The notes beneath the pieces were generated by a model, which did no database searches, was not told the origin of the DNA, and worked only from the letters and a program-made list of their open reading frames with translations. Positions 11,180-22,939 of a stretch of DNA of 64,000 nucleotides are shown here, piece by piece. Numbering within the stretch: position 1 is the stretch's first letter; each line of letters starts with the position of its first letter. The stretch comes from Felis catus (Eukaryota), in contig NC_058383.1 of assembly GCF_018350175.1 (NCBI RefSeq), positions 23,872,001-23,936,000 of the forward strand, written 5' to 3'. The position numbers were made by a program, and so were the translations under genes.

Positions 11180-12945
11180 TACAACTTTGCCTAGATGAAG
11201 ATATAGAATATTTCCAGCACTTCAAACGTCCCCAGTATGACTCTCACAGTCACTATTCTGACTTTTGTTGCCAACAAGAGTTTTGCTTGTTCCTGGACTT
11301 CATATAAATAGAGTTACTATGTATTTTTCTTTTGCCTGACACTGATCATGAGATGGATGTATATTGTTGAAAGCAGTTATAGCTCATTATCTAATTATTT
11401 ATATTATTTATTTATTTGTTTATTTATTTATATTTTTAGAGAAAGGTAGGGGGAAAAGGGCAGAGGGAGAGGGAGATACAGAATCTTAAGCAGGCTCCAC
11501 ACCCAGCAAGAGCCCAATGTGGGGCTTGATCACATGACCATGAAGTCATGACCTGAGCAGCAATGAAGAGTCAGGCACTTAACCTACTGAGCTATTTAAA
11601 AAACTTTTTTGGGGGTGCCTGGGTGGCTCAGTCGGTTAAGCAGTCGACTTCAGCTCAGGTCATGATTTCACGGTCTGTGAGTTCAAGCCCCGCGTCTGAC
11701 AGCTCAGAGCCTGGAGCCTGCTTTGGATTCTGTGTTTCCCCCGTTTGCTCTCTGTCTTTCAAAAATGAATAAATATTAAAAAAAAAAAAACCTTTTTTTA
11801 ATGTTTATTTTTGAGACAGAAAGAGAGAAAGACAGAGCACAAATGGGGAAGGGGCAGAGGGAAAGGGAGACAAAGAATCCAAAGCAGGCTCCATGCTCTG
11901 AGCTGTCAGCACAGGGCGGGATGTGGAAGAGACCCCTGAGCTGAAGTGGAAGTCAGACGCTTAAGCGACTGAGCCACCCAGGGGCCCCTACTGAACTATT
12001 TTTGAAATGGATGTGTAGAAATGTACACTGTACATATGTACAAATGTATCATAAATGTATCAAACTGTACAAATGTACAAATGTGTCACAATTTATTTGT
12101 CCATTCTAGCATTGGTAGGACATTTAGGTAGTTTCCAATTTGGGGCTCTTATGAGTAAAGTTGTTGTGAAGACATTCTTGTGTATGTCTTTTATGGAATG
12201 TATGCAACTGTTTCTCTTGGAGCAGAATTGCTAGGTCGGCAATCCACTGGGTGGGGTGCCCATCCCAGCAACGCCGGAGAGTTCTAGCTGCTCTGTATCT
12301 TGATACTGTCAGTCTTTTTACTTTTTGCCATTCTGGTGGGCATGCAGTGGTATATCATTAAGGGTTTTTGTTTTTTAAACTTGTTTATTATGAGATAGCA
12401 TGAGCAGGGGACGAGCAGATAGAGAAGGAGAGAGACAGAAAATCTCAAGCAGGCTCCACACTGTCAGCACAGAGTCTGACACAGTGCTCGAACCCACAAA
12501 CTGTGAGATCATCACCTGAGCCAAAATCAAGAGCTGGATGTTCAACCAACTGAGCCACCCAGGTGCCCCTATCATTGTGGTTTTAATCTGCATTGATGGG
12601 TAAGCCTGTTGAGCACCTTTTCATATACCTATTGTCTATTTGCACCTGTTTGAGTGTTTTGTCCATTTCAAAACATTAGGATATTTCTCTGTTTCTTATT
12701 GATTTGGAATTCTTCATATATTCTGCATGAGTCTTTTAAAAAAAAGTTTTATGTATTTTTGAGCGAGAAAGTGCATGCACCCATATGGGGGAGGGGGACC
12801 CCCCCGATAGAGAGGGGGACCAGAAGCCGGCTCTATGCACTGACAGCAGCAACCTCAACCTGGGGCTCCAACTCATGAACCATGAAATCATGACCTAAGC
12901 CGAAGTCGGACGCTCAACTGACTGAGCTACCAGGTGCTCGTGCAT
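11180..12945 (-). mobile_element. Old L1 (L1M-type) 3' fragment interrupted by about five CAN-SINEs
   Basis: L1M-like 'ttgtccattct..ggacatttagg..gtttccaatttggggct', 'gccattctggtgggcatgcagtggtat'; SINEs at about 11400-11595(-), 11611-11790(+), 11795-11988(-), 12370-12569(-), 12745-12940(-). Confidence 0.7.
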
Positions 12946-13019
12946 ATGAGTCTTTTACTAGCATTTTATATCACCAAAAATTTACACACACACACACAAA
13001 CAAATCATCACTTCAGCTT

Positions 13020-13770
13020 AAAAGTCATTTTGATTCTATTTAATTAAATAAAAGCAATTTTTTCTCATCTCAGGAAATCACTCCAGACCACATAATACAT
13101 GAGACAGTCATTTCATATGTACACAGCAGGGCCGGGCCCAGTGGACCCAACCCAATTTTCACCCGCTTGAGCAGGGCAGACCTTAATTCAGTTTGGTTGA
13201 ACAGGTAGGGGGCAGGTGGTAAGGCTCACTGGTTTTTGCTCCCAAGATGGGCTGATGGTGAATCTGCATCACCCCACCCCCCCTCCCCGGACCAGGGTGG
13301 TGGGAAGCAGAGGGTGAGGGGACCAGGGCAGAAATAACATGCTCTGGCTGGTTTCCAGAGCCGGACTCCCACAGCTAAGCTGGATGCTCACAGTTTACTA
13401 CGTCTGCCCCTGTGGCAGGTTCTGGGGACCTAGGACACCAGCCTCATCCTGGGGGAGCTCATAGCCAAGAAAAAGAGTTGGCAAAGGGAGTAAGGAAGCA
13501 TGGTATGGAGTGCTAGGCATCATAAATGCTAAGTGTCACTGCCGTGGAAACAGATGTTTGGTCCGGATGCAGTGGGAGGAAGGCTGGAGGCTCCCAGCTC
13601 TTGATGGGTCCCAGGGACATCTTCACAGTGGAGCTGATGCCATATGAGTTGTGCCTTGATGGATGAGCAGGAGTCACCAGGCAGAGGGTGGTAAGAAGGG
13701 CGTTTCCAGGCAGGGCTTGGTGCAAGGCTTCCTAGCGAGTGATAATTTTGTGGCTGGAGTGTAGGGTGTG
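13020..13770 (-). other. VWA3A: Probable non-coding terminal (3'UTR) exon of VWA3A
   Basis: Good acceptor 'ctttaatgttcctgccctgtcccccag|' at 13770; upstream donor CAG|gtaaga at 14328; ends near the ATTAAA signal. Confidence 0.55.
13039..13044 (-). terminator. Candidate VWA3A polyadenylation signal (ATTAAA)
   Basis: ATTAAA on the minus strand, a UGUA motif about 75 nt upstream (near 13117), and a GU-rich element downstream (12984-13010). Confidence 0.55.
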
Positions 13771-13807
13771 CTGGGGGACAGGGCAGGAACATTAAAGTGG
13801 ACCTGAT

Positions 13808-14033
13808 GGGGCACCTGGGTGGCGCAGTCGGTTAAGCGTCCGACTTCAGCCAGGCCACGATCTCGCGGTCCGTGAGTTCGAGCCCCGCGTCGGGCTCTGG
13901 GCTGATGACTCAGAGCCTGGAGCCTGTTTCCGATTCTGTGTCTCCCTCTCTCTCTGCCCCTCCCCCGTTCATGCTCTGTCTCTCTCTGTCCCAAAAATAA
14001 ATAAACGTTGAAAAAAAAATTAAAAAAAAAAAT
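13808..14033 (+). mobile_element. Young SINEC_Fc-type SINE with perfect TSD
   Basis: CpG-rich near-consensus body; TSD taaagtggacctga at 13793-13806 and 14033-14046. Confidence 0.95.
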
Positions 14034-14341
14034 AAAGTGGACCTGAGATGTCAGAGCCTTCCCTCCCTCAGCTTCCAGAGAGCCCCGGTGCCTGGGATCA
14101 TGTTTCCTGGGGATGAACTCTGGGTTACAGCTTTCTAGGATACCTCACCCTCAGGGCCAGTGTGTGCTGAGCGAGTGATTATTTGTAAGATGGCCTTTCA
14201 ATTTAGAGGAGTCATTATTTCCAATCCCTCCCTCCCTCCCCATAGTTACTACTACCCATGACACTGAGCATGCTGCCTCGTCCTTGGTGGATACTTACGA
14301 GAGAGAGAGCTCATCACCTCCTCTTACCTGAGAACCCTTCT

Positions 14342-14393
14342 CTAGAAAAGAGTGACATTTGGTTCTGTGTTGTTTTTCTTCTGGAGTTGAGAC
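14342..14393 (-). CDS. VWA3A: VWA3A last coding exon: (R)SQLQKKNNTEPNVTLF*; exon continues to a donor at 14328
   Basis: ccactag| acceptor; TAG stop at 14342-14344; 52 nt. Confidence 0.88.
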
Positions 14394-14584
14394 CTAGTGG
14401 ACAGGAGATGAAGCGAGGAGGTCCCCCTGATGCCCAGATTTCTGGGCCTGGTGGGGAGAAGCAGGCAGGAGCTCTTGCAGGAAGGCTGTGCCATCAGCAG
14501 GGTGGGCCCAAATCTCGATGAGGCCCAGGGTCTGGGTGGGCTAGAGCCACGAGGCAGGTGTGAGGGGCTGCTCGAAGGGCATAC

Positions 14585-14682
14585 CTGAAGGATTGGGCCT
14601 TCCAGAGGAAGCTTCTGGCCTTGGTGATCTCCTGGGCCAATCTTCTCAAATCATCTCCTTCAAATAGTGGCAATACGGGGTC
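14585..14682 (-). CDS. VWA3A: VWA3A exon: DPVLPLFEGDDLRRLAQEITKARSFLWKAQSF(R)
   Basis: tttccaag| acceptor, |gtatgc donor; 98 nt. Confidence 0.92.
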
Positions 14683-16246
14683 CTTGGAAAGGGGAAATGA
14701 GTGTGAAATTAGATCCATTCAATGACTGGGTGCAACCTGAAAATCCAAAATCTCAGGGGAAAAAAAAATTAGACCTAATCAAATGCAGCCTCCCACCCAG
14801 TGCAGGCAATCTGTGGGCCTCGGCTTGCATACCTCCAGAGACAAGGAGCTCACCACCTGCCAAGGTAGCTACTTTGCAAGTGGAACACTTTGAGGTAAGG
14901 TGTCTGAGAGTCAGCGGAGTGGGTAGTGGCGAACCAAGGTGTTCATTGGACTTCACGGCAGTCGGCGCCTCTCTTCTCAGTAGAACAGAAGTGGAACATG
15001 CTCCTTATCTCACTGTGACCCAGTGAGATCTATTCTGCCCTTTCCCTATTGCTTCTAGTAAAACAGCTGCACAGGCAGCTTTTCTCTTGTGTCAGCCAGT
15101 GGAATTCCAGAGGCTAGAGTTAGAGACACAAGTGCTCACGATCAGCAAGAGAATGTACGAAAGAAAGAGGCTCCCTCTGCCCTCCGCAGCAGGAGAGGAA
15201 TGGTCCCATTCTGCATCTGGAGGCTATTCATAGAACCTGATTTTTTGTGGCATCAAACTGAGGACTTTTGCAACACTGTCAAGTTTGTTTTCCTGGGTTA
15301 TAAGGACGGGTGAATTTTTCTTACTGTCACTTGTTCTGTTCTCTGAACTATTTGTAGTATTTATCCCTAGAAGACGTATTTGAACGAAGGAGTCCTGCAA
15401 AGCACTTGACCTCACAAATTAGGCCATGTCCTGTGGCAGTCATCTTTAACCTCCAAAAAGAGGTTCTGGAATTCTGGTTGGTTGTCTTACGTGATGATTT
15501 GTTGCCTTGAAAATGTTCTGAGAGCACCATGCTCCCAAAAGGTATAAACACGTGCCTAGCTTTTCAGTCAGACCGGGAGAGGATCTTTGGCATTCTCGTA
15601 TCTGGCATGTGTGATAGAAACTGTGACTTTACCAGATTTATTACTTAGATCATTTGAATATCTGTGTTTCAATGAATTGAACACAGGGACACAGAAATAA
15701 GCAGGACTTATAGCAAAGAGGTTAAGAGCATGAGTGTCTGGGCTGACTTTACCATTTGCTATGTCTTTAGGTGTATTCCTGTCCCTTACTGAGCCTATTT
15801 ATTCATCCGTTTAATGGGTATAATAGTGGTTAAGGGGATTGAAAGGGGTAGTCTGTATAAAGCAATGGACCTGCACAAGTAAGTGCAACGAATGTGAACT
15901 GTTCTGTTAGTAAATAACACCTCCACGGGCACCTGGCTGGCTCTGTAGGCAAAGAATGTGACCCTTAATCTCAGGGTTGAACTGAGATTGAACTCCCGTA
16001 TTGGGTGGTTGGGTGTAGAGATTGATTCATTGATTGATTGATTGACTAAATAAATAACACCTCCAAGCTCTGTTGCTTTCCCACTCCGAGGAGAGCCAGC
16101 GTCGAGGAAGAGCAGCAGGGAAACACAGCCCTTTCTAGCCAATACTTCGTATTCTCACAAGAGAAGCAGAGATCTTTTCAGGTAGGGGGGAATGACATTA
16201 TATCGAGACATCTGAACAGACCTCACTCAGTCGCTCCACAACCTAC

Positions 16247-16370
16247 CCTTTCGTCCACGAAGCCCTTGGTCAGCAGGCTGTGGATTTTGAAGAGTGTGTC
16301 CTCATCAACAGGGCAGTGATAGCGGGCCCCTGTGAGGGAGGCTAGATTTCTCAGGAAGTCAACCGCCGCC
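16247..16370 (-). CDS. VWA3A: VWA3A exon: (R)AAVDFLRNLASLTGARYHCPVDEDTLFKIHSLLTKGFVDER
   Basis: actag| acceptor, |gtaggt donor; 124 nt. Confidence 0.92.
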
Positions 16371-16734
16371 CTAGTTGGGAGAACAGATGTTCTGAGGCCG
16401 GCCCGCTGACTGGCCAGGCAAGTTCCCTCTGCACCCCTAGCCTGTGGGGAGCTTAAGTCTCTGCGGCAGTGGGCCCTGGACCCTGAGGCCCTGTGCCACT
16501 GAGACCACGTTGGCATCACCAAGCCCACCCCCGTCAGTTTATGGGCGAGGCAGCTGCTGCACGAAGCAGATTCCCTGCTTCAGGGTCGCCAGCGAGTGGG
16601 AAAGCACACAGCCAGCACACGTTCCTTAATTGGACAGGGAGCCAGTGCCTGCTACTACGTGTTGGGGCTGGCAGGGACACAAGCGTGGCCTTTATGAAGC
16701 TCGTGGTTTAGACAGATTAAATATGCACCAAAGC

Positions 16735-16918
16735 GGGGCGCCTGGGGGTCTCAGTCGGTTAAGTGTCTGACTTTGGCTCAGGTCACGATCTCACCATTCT
16801 AAGTTTGAGCCCCACTCAGAGCCTGGAGCCTGCTTCAGATTCTGTGTCTCCCTCTCTCTCTGCCCCTCCCCTGTTCACTCTCTCTCTGTCTCTCTCAAAA
16901 ATAAACATTAAAAAAAAT
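16735..16918 (+). mobile_element. CAN-SINE
   Basis: Head, body and tail present; 'caccaaag' on both flanks. Confidence 0.88.
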
Positions 16919-17380
16919 TCACCAAAGTAATCAGTTTCGTCAAAAACATTCAAGTCTTTTTCTGAAGGAGCAGAATCTCTCTTTTCCAACACATGTTCCT
17001 CTGCGGTGATGGTTTATAAAAAAATAACCGTGGTAATGCTACTTTAAACGTTTTTCCCATCAATTTTCACAAATGTGCTCCGAGAAAGATTGGGAGGGCG
17101 AAGACCACACGTGACCGTGGGAATGGACGCAAATCCATTCTCATACCGGAGAAAGTCAGGACTGCGGTGCCTGAGAGGGGCAAGCTGGAGGTGGAGGGAG
17201 GGCTTTCACTCTGATGTAACGCCTGCCTGCACCCTCCTCATTTCTCACTCACAGAGTTGGGCCCCGGAGAGATTGGGCTCTAAAGTGAGTCCCTGGACTG
17301 GGCCAGCTGCTCACATGTGTACCTCACACACGCAGCCGTGGGAAAGGCGTACAGCTCAGCCCCTGCTCCTTCTTACCCAC

Positions 17381-17532
17381 CTGCCTGAGCAGTTCAGGGA
17401 AATGGTGTGCAGTTTCAGATCTCTTTCCTCCTTGAGTCTTTGGACTTCATTCAGAATAAGGCTGCAGCTTGTATCTGGCTTCCCGTCGGTCAGGAGGTAC
17501 AATCCTTCCACATCGTGAAAACTGAAGGCTTT
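17381..17532 (-). CDS. VWA3A: VWA3A exon: KAFSFHDVEGLYLLTDGKPDTSCSLILNEVQRLKEERDLKLHTISLNCSG(R)
   Basis: tttcag| acceptor, |gtgggt donor; 152 nt; VWA 'LLTDG' motif. Confidence 0.93.
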
Positions 17533-17970
17533 CTGAAAGAGAGCGGGAGGGTGGTCTGGCTCAGGGCTAGGCACTAACCAGGAAGGGCAAAAACGAATTG
17601 CCTGCTGTCCCCAAGGGAAATAGTTCTGATTGGATCCCACTGACTTGTCCATTTAGAGTGAGAGACCCTCCCCTCCCCCCCTTTCAGCTATCACAGACCA
17701 AGGAAGCTGCCAAGGTCTAGGAGAAAGCATGGCGCACTTCTGGGCTGGTTAACCCCAGCAAGTCACTTAACCTCTCTGAGCCTCTGTGCCTTCAACTCTA
17801 AAGTGAGAACGAGGATCATTTTCTCACCAGGTTGTCGGGACAATGAAATAAAGTAACACTTCGTAGATCTAAAAGGGCTTTTTGTAATTTGAAAGCATAA
17901 TGCGGGATCGGTAGAAGGGGTGATGGTATTTCTGTTTTGCTACCGAGTCGGGCTCGGGGGCAGAACTTGC

Positions 17971-18115
17971 CAGTAATGCTTGCAAGACTGAGGTGCTCCC
18001 CTGAGCACGCAGGTGGGTCACCCACTGCATAGCCTCGTGACAGGCTGCATCTGTGGTCTCCACCAGAGTGTCCCTCCACAGCTGTAGGTCCTCCGCAAAG
18101 CTGAGCAGGTTAAAC
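17971..18115 (-). CDS. VWA3A: VWA3A exon: FNLLSFAEDLQLWRDTLVETTDAACHEAMQWVTHLRAQGSTSVLQALL
   Basis: ccccag| acceptor; non-canonical |gcaagt donor keeps frame; 145 nt. Confidence 0.9.
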
Positions 18116-18621
18116 CTGGGGAGGGGAGTGGAAAAGGTAGGGGCAGAGAGAAGGTGAAAGAGATGGGTTAGAAGATGCCTGGGTGAAGTAACCTCTGTGA
18201 GGACCATGCAAGCCTATCAGTGTCAAGACCCTACATAGAGCCCCGGGGCCCCTCGGGGGGAATGAGAAGGAGGAGGTACACGCTGACGATTCTAGATGCA
18301 GATGAAATAGATCGGCACCCCACCTCTGTGCCACTTACAGGTCATGTGATCTCTGGCAAATTACTTAACCTCTCTAAGCCCTTATTTCCTTTTCTGAAAA
18401 TTGGGGATAATAATGGAAATACCTCATTGGGGCACTGTGAGGATTGAATGAAATCATGCACATAAAGTGCTTGGCACACAGCAAGTGCTCAATAAATGTT
18501 TACTGTTATTAAGGCAAGGATGAGTCCCAGTCTAGGACCAGTCTCCTACCGTCTCCTAGGGTCAATTTTTCTGGGTAGAGAAAACAACCCCAAACCCCAA
18601 TCTCTTAAAAAATCAAGTTCA

Positions 18622-18850
18622 GGGGCGCCTGGGTGGCTCAGTCGGTTGAGCGTCCCACTTCAGCTCAGGTCATGATCTCGCGGTCCGTGAGTTCGAGCCC
18701 CGAGTCGGGCTCTGTGCTGACAGCCCAGAGCTTGGAGCCTGTTTCAGATTCTGTGTCTCCCTCTCTCTCTGCCCCTCCCCTGTTCATGCTCTGTCTCTCT
18801 CTGTCTCAAAAATAAATAAATGTTAAAAAAAAATAAAAGAAAAAATAAAA
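18622..18850 (+). mobile_element. SINEC_Fc-type SINE with TSD
   Basis: Near-consensus body; 'aaaatcaagttcag' on both flanks. Confidence 0.93.
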
Positions 18851-19136
18851 AAAATCAAGTTCAGCTGAAATCTACAATTGAAGGCCACCTGCTGGTTCCT
18901 TTGCTCTGTTTGCAATGGTCCCTGGGCCAGAGATGGATTTCTGAAGGCTGCTCTATTTCTGCAACAGGATGCAGTGTTACTGCTCAAATAAGCTACAGCT
19001 CCAGGCTTGTGAGCGGTGAGGAGGGAAGCCCAATGAACTTCCCCTTTGATCTTCCTGCCTCACAGCCACTCACCCCCTTCCCTCTCACCTGTTACAGCGC
19101 TTCCTGCCCCGCACCCACTCGCCCCCTGCCTCTCAC

Positions 19137-19281
19137 CTGTCACAGTGCTTGCGCAGCTGTTCCCAAATCAGCAGAATCAGCTCCGTCTTCACCTGCTGCA
19201 GGTAGGGGCCCATGGATCCCGACGTGTCCACCAGGATACACACTTTGCTCTCCAAAATGGTGCCAAATAATCGGCGGCTCC
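19137..19281 (-). CDS. VWA3A: VWA3A exon: (G)SRRLFGTILESKVCILVDTSGSMGPYLQQVKTELILLIWEQLRKHCD(R), with MIDAS DxSxS motif
   Basis: gagcag| acceptor, |gtgaga donor; 145 nt; DTSGS at 19214-19228. Confidence 0.94.
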
Positions 19282-22108
19282 CTGCTCCCAGGGCGTGGGG
19301 GCAGAGGCAGGGAAGGAGTGAGGGGTCGCTCCTGCCACTGCTGGCTTTTCTCACGGCAGCTATCAAATACAAGGTCTACCAAATACACCTGTTGCCTCAC
19401 TGGTCGACAATCAGATGTTAGCCCACTGGGAGATGGCCTTTGTGATGTTGTCGAGGGGTGAGGGGCGTCAGTTGTCCAAGGGCAGAGCCGGTCAGTGGCC
19501 TGGGCTTTGGGACATCACAGTTTCAGCTGTGTCTTTGCCTGTGATCTGTGATCACCTGCACAAGAGGTTGTAACCACTCTGGCCTGAGTTTCCTCATCCC
19601 TGCAGTTAAGCGCCTGGACTAAGTGGTGTTACGGTATTGTTTGGGGCTGGAAAAGATGTTATGGAGCACGGAGTCCGTCAGCTGGTCAACAGACATCAGC
19701 GGAGCCCGGCACTGTGCAAAGTGTGATGGAGAGAGGCTGCCTGGCCTCCTGGAGCTGCGAGTTGGGCAGGCAAGGCAGATGTTAAATCCATAGCTATGGC
19801 TCTCAGAGGGTCACGACAGAGCAGTAGTGGGAAGAATCTGAGTTCGGCGGGTGAGCTACCACTGCAGGATGGGCAGCTAGCGGAGGAAAGAGGTGAAGGT
19901 GTGGAAGGAACAGCCTGGGCAAGCCTGGGCCAGAGGAGAGGAGCATGGCATGCTCAAGGACAGAGAGAAAGACTGTGGAAGGAATCAGGAGGACTGGGAT
20001 GGAGACCCTTGCCAGGGTCACACAGACTGGCAGTGACCACTGAGAAACCCATGTCCTGCAACCCACACTTTAGTCAGACAACCACTAACCCTAGCCTTTA
20101 GTTTCACGAGGCTAAATACAGAAGTGACCCAGGGGAAAGCCGGAGAACAGAAGACAACGCATCCAGCGTTCTTGAATCACGCCTCAGCGACCTTCCTGGA
20201 GGCAGTCGTACAAGAAAATGGAAAAACTGCCACAGAAAAGATCGGCTGCTTTCCAGGAAAAGATGGACTGAGCTGGCTGGACCCACTGGCCAGGAACCTT
20301 TCAGGACTCATCTGGGGTGTTCCCTGGCAGTGCTCATGTCCACGTGACAAGAGAGGGGCCTTCCTGAGGCATGGGCGACGTTCCATGAAGATGGCCAGCC
20401 AGCCAGTTGAGTCGAGGAAACTCCAACTGCAAATGGCTGGCCGATCCGTCTTAGGAACCAGATGGTGGAAACAGTGCGAGCCACCAAGCCCCGTCGTTTT
20501 GACCTCCTGCATCTCTCTGACTCTGCCCACTCCGTCCATCTCTACCATCCCCACCTCTTCCAGCTAGCCCAGTCTTTCACCCGGGCTACTACGAGCTCTA
20601 TCCCCTCAACAATTTGTATTCCATGCAGAACCAGGGCGATTATTGCCAATGCTAACTTGATCATTTCCCCCTTATTTAAAACATTTAGTGGCTTCGATTG
20701 CTCTTAGGATAAAGGACAAAGACCGGGCATGGCCTCATCTCTCTGGGATGGTCTCATTCTTACTCTCCCTTGTCCTCAGCCACACAGGCTTCCTTTTAGT
20801 CCTTATACTCAGCACTGACCCCCCACCCCCCACCCAGCGCCCAGCACCTCAGACATGCCTGTCTTTTCTCTCTTTGCCCAGGTAACATCTATTCACTCTT
20901 CAGATCTTGGCTCCTCAGGGAAGCCTCCTGTGATTTTCCTATCCAGACCCACTGCCCCTCTTAGAGGCTCTCACTGCCCATGCCTATCTCCTCCCTACAC
21001 ACGTCACCGTTGTGACATTAGACTTGTCTGTGGGACTCTTTGGTTAATGTCTGTCTCCTAGACCATATGCTCCACGAGCTCAGGGACCGTGTTGGGTGTT
21101 GCCTTCCACCATCTCCCCAGCACCTGGCAGGAGAGCAACACACATTTGTTGAATAATGAACGAGTGAATAAGTGAAGCAGCCCTGGGTTTGGAAGTGTTG
21201 GTGGTGTTCTGAAGTACTGGGTGGCACTGGGGTGGCAGCATTGCTGATCTTCACACCTTTCCCAGCAGCAAACGTGCATTGCGATTGGAGAGAGGCACAC
21301 AACCTCTTTGCCCCCGTGTCAGCCTCTGACACGACGACTACACGTGGCTCTGGCAGCGCCCTCCGGAGGCTTTGGAAAGCAGCAGTCATCACTATACCCC
21401 ACTGCACATGGTCTGTTTTACCAGGTTTTACTGCAGAGGATTGGATCTAATGAATCTGTGTGGGACCCTGAGGAGCCCACATAGGGACCTCTATAAAAGC
21501 CTCCCTTCCTCCTTCCTCCTGTTGTCCCAGGAACCCTCCAGGCCCCAAAGCCTAAACACTCTCCTGTCCAGCTCCGGCTATCTGCCTGGCCTCTTGAACT
21601 TGATGCTTCCGGCCGTCTCTTGATCTCCAGCCCACCCTCCTCTAGGGTGTGAGCCTGGCTCTCCTGGGCCAGCCCTGCTGTCCACCTGCCCTGGAGGGGC
21701 CTTGGTGCCCTCTGTAAAGAAGAACAGGGGATTCTTCTCTGTCAGCACTCCCTCTCATTTCTGCCTTTGTAGACAAGTTCTATGGGGGTCAAATCAATGT
21801 TGGATTGAGCCTCTTGAGAGAAAGCCCCTCAGTCACATCCAGGAAGGCAAGGGGTGGGACATGGCCTTGCAGGGTGGGCCTGGACAGGCCTGGTTCCCTT
21901 CTGGTGCCCACTGGCCCATGCTCCACCTCCCTGTCATCCGGCACCTTGCCTGACCTTGGAATCCAGAAATCATGTTGTAGCTGGATGACCTTCCTGGCCT
22001 CATCCCTGACCTGTGCACCTGGTCTGGGAAGGACTGACCCTCATCCCTGGGTTGACCTTGCACTTCCCCTCATGGCCCTCCACCCTCCAGGACAGCAGGC
22101 AGGCTCAC

Positions 22109-22217
22109 CAGACAGCAGCCACTGCAGCCTCTGGACATAGCGCCTCATCACCTTCTCCAGACATGTGATGTATGCTTCCATTTCCCTGGGCGTCCACTGG
22201 ATATGTCTCACTACCCC
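22109..22217 (-). CDS. VWA3A: VWA3A exon: GVVRHIQWTPREMEAYITCLEKVMRRYVQRLQWLLS(G)
   Basis: tccag| acceptor, |gtgagc donor; 109 nt. Confidence 0.93.
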
Positions 22218-22939
22218 CTGGATTAAGACAAGCCAAGGCAAACTTTGCCCCATCAGCTTTCTTCATATCCCCATCATCTCCTTAAATAGTTTAGTTGGTT
22301 TTGGTTAATAATTTCCAAAAACCTCTATTAGGCATATATATATTTGCTTAAAGGCTTTTTCTTTGACCAAACCACTAGATTTATGGTTCTAGAAGGAGTA
22401 GGGGAATTGGGATGATGGTTTTGTGGCACACGCGGTCACTGAAATAATAAAAAACACAGCATCTCTAAATTTTAAGTTAGAAAACCCTTCATGGTAGGAT
22501 GGGATGTCCATAAATGTCAAACTAAAAGATTACCTTAGATGGAGAAGGGGACGGCATGATAAAACCCCCATAAAGTCCTTCTGGTGAATACTTTTGCATT
22601 TGGTGGCTACTTTTGGCTTTCTAGTTTCCCCTAACATCAATAATGTCACATAAAATGGCAAGGATAGAAAATGGGGTCTTCCAAAAACAAAAACAAAAAC
22701 AGCATGATTCATTTTTTCATTTGTACTAAATTTACTTGTTCCAGTGTTTTAGCAATGAAAAAATTATCCCCAAACTAGAAACTAGAAAACACTCTTACCT
22801 CCCCCAGGGGAGGAGGGAACCCCCTGATGCTCCCCATCTTAACAGAATCATCAGCAATATTGGGATACAGAGTTCTGCTGGGTTCTTCAGCCAGTACCCT
22901 ATTCTCAGCAACTATTTTGTGTGTGTGTGGTTTTTTAAA

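Noticed and set aside
13674..13994. Recurrent short ORFs such as 'GQRETEHERGRGRERGRHRIGNRLQA' and 'MAQSVERPTSAQVMIS' across the window
   Set aside because: These are translations of CAN-SINE consensus sequence, not a gene family.
15060..15700. Unique-looking intronic stretch that might be a conserved element or pseudogene fragment
   Set aside because: I recognise no ORF, RNA motif or repeat family; a BLAST or conservation check would be needed before claiming anything.
18820..19461. 213-aa plus-strand ORF
   Set aside because: It begins in a SINE A-tail and runs antisense across a VWA3A exon, with no independent coding signal.
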